IMG/VR virus record: IMGVR_UViG_3300021335_000008
Strand: one strand, 5' to 3'
Length of the DNA: 64,000 bases
Origin: an uncultured virus (IMG/VR IMGVR_UViG_3300021335_000008)
Lineage: Duplodnaviria; Heunggongvirae; Uroviricota; Caudoviricetes; Demerecviridae
Below, piece after piece: positions 58,367-64,000 of this stretch. Both the position numbers and the translations under genes were made by a program. Below the pieces are notes generated by a model that had not been told where the DNA came from, did not search any database, and was given only the letters and a program-made list of their open reading frames with translations. Positions within the stretch are counted from its first letter, which is position 1, and each line of letters opens with the position of its first letter.

Positions 58367-60623
58367 ACAATTTTGAAAATTTACCGTTGGAATAGTCTTC
58401 GTGGATGATTTCAAAGTCACATCCGATGGGAGCGCCTGGAATAGAAAGTCCTCTATCCAACTGTACAAAGTGTAATAACTTTTCTTTATAATGTTCAATT
58501 TCGTCCTCTGGAACTTCGGCAAGAATGGAGTCGTGCACGAGTGCAAATATACGTGCTTTCATCCCCTTTGCTTTGATATACTCTCCCATGTCTATCGCGC
58601 CAAGGAGATTAACATCACTAGCAGCAGACTGAACCAAAAAATTAAGACCAGAGCGAACGCTATGCGAGCGGATAGCGGCGTCGGTGGATTCAACGTTGGG
58701 GAGCCTTCGCTTCCGACCAAAGAAAGAATAAACGAACCCATTTTGCTCAATAAATTTTTGATTGTCATCAATCCACGCCTTTAGTTTATGGAAGGCTTTG
58801 AAGTAGTCACTAATAACTTCTTGGGCTTCCGATTTAGAAAAATACTTACCACTATCTTTTGTTACTTGCTCACTGATCTTTGCTGGGCCTGCGCCGTACA
58901 TAATACCAAAGGTTACGGCTTTTGCAGCCTGGCGCTTATCAGGATATAGCTCTGCTACTTCCTCTACTTCGCAAGGCAGTCGAAATACTTTGTGAGCAAT
59001 CGTACTGTGAAAGTTACCTCCACTACGGAACACATCTATAAGTGCCGTATCTTTTGCAAGGACTGCGGCAACATATACCTCTGCTGTCGTTAAGTCCATA
59101 GCAACAATCTTATGCCCTGGCGCTGCTTTGATACAACCTTTTACAGTGGGATTGTCTCGAGGCAACTGCTGCATATTTAACTTGCCGCTGCTAGATAGAC
59201 GACCAGAAGTAGTACCATGTAAGTTAAAACCCGTACGTAGCCTACTGTCTCTATCGAGCTGTGGTATGATTTTATCAAGATAAGTATTTTTAATTTTGGA
59301 TTTTTGTCGTATATCCAAGATCCGTTTAGGTACATCGCTCTGAAGCGAGAGTTCTTTAAGCACTTCCGCATCAGTAGAGTCTGCGCCCGTGCCAGTCTTT
59401 TTTCCAGTCGGATTGAGGCCCAGATAGTCAAACAAAAGACTCCTAAGTTGCATAGTAGAATTAGGATTAAAGGGCTTACCATTTATTTCCTCAAACCTCC
59501 GTATTTTGTCGTTCTCATACAAGGCGGAGATTGCAGCATCAATATCGTCTTGCATTGCATTTTGACCTACATATAATCTTTTACGGTCAAAAGGAACACC
59601 ATTGTCTTGAGTGTCGATAAGGAATCGAGTGCCTGGAATAAGAATGTTATCGTATACCCATAACAGCTTTGGGTTCTGTTTAATTTTTACAAACTTTTCA
59701 TAAATAAGAAATGTACACAAAGCGTCCATGCCTGCGTAAGTTTTCATTACATCAAAAGGAATATCTCCCCAGTTGAATTGATCTTTGAGAATACCGTTTT
59801 CTTTTCGGTATCGGTCAATCCAATCATACATAGGCTTCTCGTAGTCACCATAGGGCGTGAACTTCATTGTTAGCTGTTTAAGGCCATGAGTTCCTGGGTT
59901 CTCATCAATCAAGTAGTGAAGAAGCATTGTATCTTCGAACTGTGGAAACTTAAAGTGAAAGTGATACTCGAAAAACGCCATATCGAACTTGGCATTGTGA
60001 AAGACTACGGCTTTCTTGTCAAAAAGCTCTTGCAGTAGTCGCTCAGTCTCATCATCAAAACAATCGGTGTCAATATAAGCACCGAACTTATTATTATAAG
60101 CAAGGCTAATGCCAAGCATATAGCCGTCACGAGGATATAACCCAGTTGTCTCAGAATCGAGTGCAACGTATCCACATTCTTCTGCGATGGCAGCCCGAAT
60201 AAACTCATTTGCTTCCTCCGTGTCTTGTATACCGAACGCAATATTACTATCAATTACTACGTCTTCTTTTTCATCGTTGATATACTCGAGAATGCTCTGC
60301 TTGCCGGACTCCCAGACTTTCTTCGCCTCTGGTTTGAATGCAAGCATAGCAGGGTTGATAATAGGCAAGAACTTTTCCTCTACTCTCTTGCCTGAGTACT
60401 CAGTAACAGAACTGAGCTTTGTGTAGTACTTCATCGCATCACTACCGACAAGAATTACCCAATCATAATCATCTGGGTTCATATCAATATCGCAGTCTCG
60501 CTTGAGTACTTTTTTAATACTTGAATCGGAGCACAACTGAAACTGGTCAAATTCCAGTCCGTCGAACTCACGCATAAAATTAGTTTTACTAGGTTTAGTT
60601 TCTACTAATGCAACTTTAGGCAT
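58350..60623 (-). CDS. polA: DNA polymerase family A with 3'-5' exonuclease (T5-type)
   Basis: DSETTGL, HNAKFD, TSGRLSS, DLTTAE, RQAAKAVTFGIMYG, VHDS. Confidence 0.97.
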   Translation of the reverse strand: MPKVALVETKPSKTNFMREFDGLEFDQFQLCSDSSIKKVLKRDCDIDMNPDDYDWVILVGSDAMKYYTKLSSVTEYSGKRVEEKFLPIINPAMLAFKPEAKKVWESGKQSILEYINDEKEDVVIDSNIAFGIQDTEEANEFIRAAIAEECGYVALDSETTGLYPRDGYMLGISLAYNNKFGAYIDTDCFDDETERLLQELFDKKAVVFHNAKFDMAFFEYHFHFKFPQFEDTMLLHYLIDENPGTHGLKQLTMKFTPYGDYEKPMYDWIDRYRKENGILKDQFNWGDIPFDVMKTYAGMDALCTFLIYEKFVKIKQNPKLLWVYDNILIPGTRFLIDTQDNGVPFDRKRLYVGQNAMQDDIDAAISALYENDKIRRFEEINGKPFNPNSTMQLRSLLFDYLGLNPTGKKTGTGADSTDAEVLKELSLQSDVPKRILDIRQKSKIKNTYLDKIIPQLDRDSRLRTGFNLHGTTSGRLSSSGKLNMQQLPRDNPTVKGCIKAAPGHKIVAMDLTTAEVYVAAVLAKDTALIDVFRSGGNFHSTIAHKVFRLPCEVEEVAELYPDKRQAAKAVTFGIMYGAGPAKISEQVTKDSGKYFSKSEAQEVISDYFKAFHKLKAWIDDNQKFIEQNGFVYSFFGRKRRLPNVESTDAAIRSHSVRSGLNFLVQSAASDVNLLGAIDMGEYIKAKGMKARIFALVHDSILAEVPEDEIEHYKEKLLHFVQLDRGLSIPGAPIGCDFEIIHEDYSNGKFSKLYGDSV

Positions 60624-61449
60624 ATAATTTATCTCTTAGTTTTGTAACTTGAGTTTCAGCTAATGCACCCGCATCCATGTTTTTGTCTCCAAAAGCAATG
60701 TTGCGTGTATCGAGTCCCACTGACTCACATAGCTCGCGTACTTTTGTGGCCTGTCCTTGGCCAGCTTCATCATTATCTAAAAATACATCTATACCCTCTA
60801 CTCCTGAGACGGCAAGAACTTGTAACTTTTCTTCAGTTACATTTTTTACGCCAAAGCAACACACTGCGTTAGTGAGTCCTTTGTCATGTAGATTCATTAC
60901 ATCAAAAATACCTTCTACAAGAACAATACGTCCTTGTATTGGCTCTACGACAGGGAACAGCGGCATCTTTGCTCCAGGTGGAGTGTTTAGATACTTTGGC
61001 TGTTGGTCGCCTGTAGTTCTTGATTGAAATGATACTATCCGACCAGACCGGTCACGGATAGGAAAACAGATACGTCCTACAAAATCCTTACCGGAGTGTA
61101 TGAACGCTTCAAATTCTTTATATGTTTCGGCACGGATGCCTCTCCAGTTTCCAATATAGGGAGCATATCCCTCTGGCATTTGTAATCCCACGCTTTCAGC
61201 CCTTACCTCGTCAATCTTCTTCTTTAGGAGCTGACGCTTGATTTCCATCTTGTTTGCTTTTTCTCCGAAGTGAGTAAAGAGATTGCCTTTGTACTCACAC
61301 GAGAAACAGTTAAATATGCCAGTTACTTGATCTATACGCATACTGGGATTGCGGTCAGGGTGCTCAGGATTGAGACAACTGACCACAAAGTCTTTGCCCT
61401 TAGGTATGTAATCAATACCTTTGTTTTTAAGTAGGTCTTCTACGTTCAA
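60616..61449 (-). CDS. DNA primase (zinc finger + TOPRIM), TTG start
   Basis: CLNPEH.D..PS...CFSC, KYLN, VEGIFD, DNDEAG. Confidence 0.93.
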   Translation of the reverse strand: MNVEDLLKNKGIDYIPKGKDFVVSCLNPEHPDRNPSMRIDQVTGIFNCFSCEYKGNLFTHFGEKANKMEIKRQLLKKKIDEVRAESVGLQMPEGYAPYIGNWRGIRAETYKEFEAFIHSGKDFVGRICFPIRDRSGRIVSFQSRTTGDQQPKYLNTPPGAKMPLFPVVEPIQGRIVLVEGIFDVMNLHDKGLTNAVCCFGVKNVTEEKLQVLAVSGVEGIDVFLDNDEAGQGQATKVRELCESVGLDTRNIAFGDKNMDAGALAETQVTKLRDKLYA

Positions 61450-61733
61450 TAGTCTTCATCCACACCAAAGCCAGCGGATGCAAGAGCATCACCATCCCAA
61501 TCATCGAGATAGTTTTCGCCGTCATAGTAATCACCCTCTACTTCTCCGTTGAGCATTTCATCGCACACATCTTGCGCGTACTGATAGTAGTCAGCGTGCT
61601 CATCATCAAAGAGGTGAAAGTATTTTGATAATCGCGCAAGAACTACATCGGCGTGTTCATAGTCGCCAATGTCCATGTCTTTTTCGAGCATATCAAACAA
61701 GTCTCTGATTTTTGGTGTAAGTCTACTGTTCAT
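61446..61733 (-). CDS. Highly acidic hypothetical protein
   Basis: 27 Asp/Glu versus 6 Lys/Arg in 95 aa; ATGA/TTGA overlaps on both sides. Confidence 0.7.
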   Translation of the reverse strand: MNSRLTPKIRDLFDMLEKDMDIGDYEHADVVLARLSKYFHLFDDEHADYYQYAQDVCDEMLNGEVEGDYYDGENYLDDWDGDALASAGFGVDEDY

Positions 61734-62086
61734 TGTGCTGGAAATCCTTCTTGAACAAATACTCCAATGAGTCCAATTTGGCCATCAGTTAGGCTCTGCG
61801 CCCAAGGAATCATCATAGCAGCTTGAGGGCCGTCTTTATGTCCCATCTTGTAGTGAAGTAACTTGCTAATAATATCATCAGCAGATTGACCTGCTAAAGC
61901 TGGGCCGATCCCGCCCTGGCCCATAGCACCATGACAAGTGCTACACATAGCCCAAGGCTGTCGAATATCTTGGAAACGATCATTGTTAGATGCAAAAGTA
62001 GGAAAGACTGTCCACTCCTGCAGAGTATCTTGTGCAATTGCTACTGGAGCAACTGCAAGTAGTGTTGTCAATAAAACTTTTTTCAT
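61730..62086 (-). CDS. Exported monoheme class I cytochrome c (c553/c4-like)
   Basis: Sec signal MKKVLLTTLLAVAPVAIA, CSTCH heme motif (61945-61931), GP.LAGQ, distal Met (AAMM), A..LTD..I C-terminal helix. Confidence 0.9.
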   Translation of the reverse strand: MKKVLLTTLLAVAPVAIAQDTLQEWTVFPTFASNNDRFQDIRQPWAMCSTCHGAMGQGGIGPALAGQSADDIISKLLHYKMGHKDGPQAAMMIPWAQSLTDGQIGLIGVFVQEGFPAQ

Positions 62087-62379
62087 CTTCTCATCCTTGC
62101 GATGTCTTTCATATGTTGTTCATCAATGATTGGTACTGCATTTGATTTGTGCATTACTCCGATGCCTTTAACCAAGGATCCTGTATATCGCTTTGGTTCT
62201 GGCCTAGCGGTAGATGCAGTTGTTGAGGTATTACTTCTGTATTCAGGTGTTTCTCGTCGATAAGGTTTTGGAGCGTTTGATTGAACTGCTCTGATAGTTG
62301 GTCGAGCGCTTTTAGTACTGCTCTTTTTCTTTCTACGTCCTGAAGTTGTGTGTCTGATAGAACCATAAAACATTCCCAT
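62083..62379 (-). CDS. Basic hypothetical protein (start probably ATG 62379 or 62373)
   Basis: Lys/Arg-rich; C-terminal YTG.LVKGI..MHKSNAVPI motif seen in phage hypotheticals; ATGA overlap with the cytochrome gene. Confidence 0.7.
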   Translation of the reverse strand: MGMFYGSIRHTTSGRRKKKSSTKSARPTIRAVQSNAPKPYRRETPEYRSNTSTTASTARPEPKRYTGSLVKGIGVMHKSNAVPIIDEQHMKDIARMRR

Positions 62380-62410
62380 AAAATAAAAATCCCCGATGAT
62401 TGAAGTACAT

Positions 62411-62450
62411 ATTATACAGCAAACAGCGGGGATAGTCAAGAACTTTTTTT
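62411..62450 (-). promoter_or_regulatory. Sigma70-type promoter driving the cytochrome c-primase-polA unit
   Basis: TTGACT 62439-62434, 17 bp, TATAAT 62416-62411, upstream A-tract. Confidence 0.85.
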
Positions 62451-62451
62451 A

Positions 62452-63801
62452 TCAGAGGTCGTCAATATCTTCATCAGTTTTGTGTGAACTAGCTTCTCGC
62501 TCCTTAGGAGTAAGAGCAGTTTCGGGCCCCATCTTTAAAGACTCCCAATCCATTACTGAACTGAAAGACTTCATACTGGCGGCTCTCATCTTCACACAGT
62601 TGAAGGTAATGCATTCATCCTCCTGATCCCAGGTCTCAAGAGCATAGGCCGCATCGGCCGCATCAAGAATGCCTTTTGCGAAGCGTGCTTCGCCGGTTGC
62701 ATCGGTTTGGTAAGGAGAGAATACAGTGCATTCATACTCCTGTGCCATAGCCTTCAACGCTTTAGATACTTCAATCTGTTCCGTCCAATCGTACTGCCCT
62801 CCTCGCGAGGGTAGGTTCGATCTTTTGACTTGGTTGATATAGTCTACAATGATGACACCGGCGTCCATTTTGCTGACTTTTTTATCCAGCTCAGCCCGTA
62901 TCTTTGCGAGAGTGAGTCCGGGGTCATATACTACGTCCAGCTGTTGAGTCGGGAGAAGCTCATGCTGGGTAGTAAGAATCCTGTGAAACTCTTGAAAGTC
63001 TCGCTTTTCTCTGTATTCTTTCAACCGATCTTGGCCTTGCTGGAAGCGGCTCGCCCACCAGCCAGCCACTTTCTCCCACTCGGTCACACTTAGATTTTGT
63101 GTCCGAAGTCGAGAATATGGCACTCCAGTAGCGATAGAACAACACCGTTGCAGTATTGATCTACTATCCATCTCTATCGTGAAATAGATAGCTGAACGGC
63201 CAGATTGAAATACGTTGTTTGCAATATTCGCGCAAGTGAGTGACTTACCAGAACCTCGACGACCGCCGACCAACACCAAATCTCGGGGGGAGAACTTGAT
63301 TTCATGGTCGTACTCTGCGTTGAGACCAAGACCAATATACTTACTGATCTCTTCCTCTGGCTCGAACAACTCAATACGCTGCATACTTTCTTGAGGAACT
63401 TCAAGGTCAACCTTGTCCTCAATATCCAGAACAATCTGATGCAACTCCTGTACTGACTCTTCAGCAGACGAAAAGACTACTGAATTATCAATATAATTAT
63501 CAAGGGAGTTGAGGATTTCTTTCTGAGTGTATTCATTCTTTAGGTACTCAAGCAAAGCACCGGCATCAACATCTACATCGACCGCTTCGATAGCGAAGAC
63601 TTTATCCCGAGTAGGCGCATGACGAATACTTAACTTGAGGTCGTCGAACGAAGGGAACTCATGAAAGCTCTCGCAGTGCTTGTCAATTTGACCATAAAGC
63701 GTGTGATACTCTACGGGCAGATACTCTTTACGCAGATAACTCCACGTTTCAAAGTCAGCCGTAGCGATGCACTGCTTTATCAAAGCACTAGAAATATTCA
63801 A
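62452..63801 (-). CDS. DnaB-like replicative helicase (T5 D6), TTG start
   Basis: GGRRGSGKS, FTIEM, IIVDYINQ, ARFAKGILDAAD, KMR. Confidence 0.92.
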   Translation of the reverse strand: MNISSALIKQCIATADFETWSYLRKEYLPVEYHTLYGQIDKHCESFHEFPSFDDLKLSIRHAPTRDKVFAIEAVDVDVDAGALLEYLKNEYTQKEILNSLDNYIDNSVVFSSAEESVQELHQIVLDIEDKVDLEVPQESMQRIELFEPEEEISKYIGLGLNAEYDHEIKFSPRDLVLVGGRRGSGKSLTCANIANNVFQSGRSAIYFTIEMDSRSILQRCCSIATGVPYSRLRTQNLSVTEWEKVAGWWASRFQQGQDRLKEYREKRDFQEFHRILTTQHELLPTQQLDVVYDPGLTLAKIRAELDKKVSKMDAGVIIVDYINQVKRSNLPSRGGQYDWTEQIEVSKALKAMAQEYECTVFSPYQTDATGEARFAKGILDAADAAYALETWDQEDECITFNCVKMRAASMKSFSSVMDWESLKMGPETALTPKEREASSHKTDEDIDDL

Positions 63802-63820
63802 TTAAGTTCCCCCGAACACG

Positions 63821-63844
63821 AAAAAGCTGGGCGCGAGACCCAGC
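63821..63844 (-). terminator. Intrinsic terminator after D5
   Basis: Minus strand GCTGGG-TCTCGCG-CCCAGC-TTTTT. Confidence 0.75.
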
Positions 63845-63863
63845 CGCTTACACAAAAGTGTAA

Positions 63864-64000
63864 TTACTGAGACTTAGCTGCCTTGGCGGCACCATCATAG
63901 TCAGCAGCAGTTAGACCACGGCGAGTCAACATAGTTTTTACGCCGCGAGCTGTCTTGCCAATCGCTTCCGCGATAGCTTCAACAGTCATAGAAGCAACAT
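63864..64000 (-). CDS. D5: C-terminus of T5 D5-like DNA-binding protein (5' truncated; not in ORF track)
   Basis: Manual translation VASMTVEAIAEAIGKTARGVKTMLTRRGLTAADYDGAAKAAKSQ*, HTH-like; upstream of the D6 helicase as in T5. Confidence 0.8.
   Translation of the reverse strand, partial: VASMTVEAIAEAIGKTARGVKTMLTRRGLTAADYDGAAKAAKSQ

Noticed and set aside
58367..58546. N-terminal 60 aa of the called 224-aa ORF
   Set aside because: Lies wholly within the polA C-terminus; recognisable sequence starts at ATG 58366.
62380..62439. N-terminal extension (MTIPAVCC...) of the called 118-aa ORF 62083-62439
   Set aside because: The called TTG start is the -35 box of the promoter; the real start is probably ATG 62379 or 62373.
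250..63870. Numerous 60-180 aa antisense or alternate-frame ORFs in the track (e.g. 6442-6954, 21534-22076, 31242-31733, 49190-49600)
   Set aside because: Shadow ORFs fully overlapping well-supported genes, with no RBS or motifs; expected opposite repetitive, codon-biased genes.
1..64000. Stop-codon reassignment, introns/inteins, tRNA genes
   Set aside because: Genes tile the window in the standard code; polA, nrdA, helicases and terminase are uninterrupted and of normal length; intergenic gaps are short and show no cloverleaf.

Overview
This 64 kb window is from a T5-like siphophage (Demerecviridae-type gene order; a marine/aquatic phage of a respiring Gram-negative host is likely, but that is inference). 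The + strand (1-47357) carries the late structural module: terminase (5' truncated), HNH-like nickase, portal, an in-frame protease-major capsid fusion, neck and tail genes, tape measure and Dit. It then carries about 31 kb (about 10,200 aa) of tail-tip and fibre genes, including 2880, 2158, 1583 and 2520 aa proteins. The - strand (47385-64000) carries the replication/recombination module: nrdB-grx-nrdA, D15, D14, D13/D12, D11, D10, phoH, polA, primase, DnaB-like helicase and the D5 C-terminus. The two arms meet at a bidirectional terminator. Five near-consensus sigma70 promoters are visible. Four observations stand out. (1) An apparently hierarchical, branched fibre 'tree' with matching N- and C-terminal docking motifs. 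(2) Nucleotide-identical junction boxes between about 35 variable fibre modules, suggesting recombinational module shuffling. (3) An exported c-type cytochrome cassette inserted between helicase and primase, with a promoter embedded in an RBS-sequestering inverted repeat. (4) Translational features: an internal capsid start, a +1 (not -1) tail-chaperone frameshift candidate, and a leaderless nickase gene. All calls come from motif recognition and synteny; no database searches were run.
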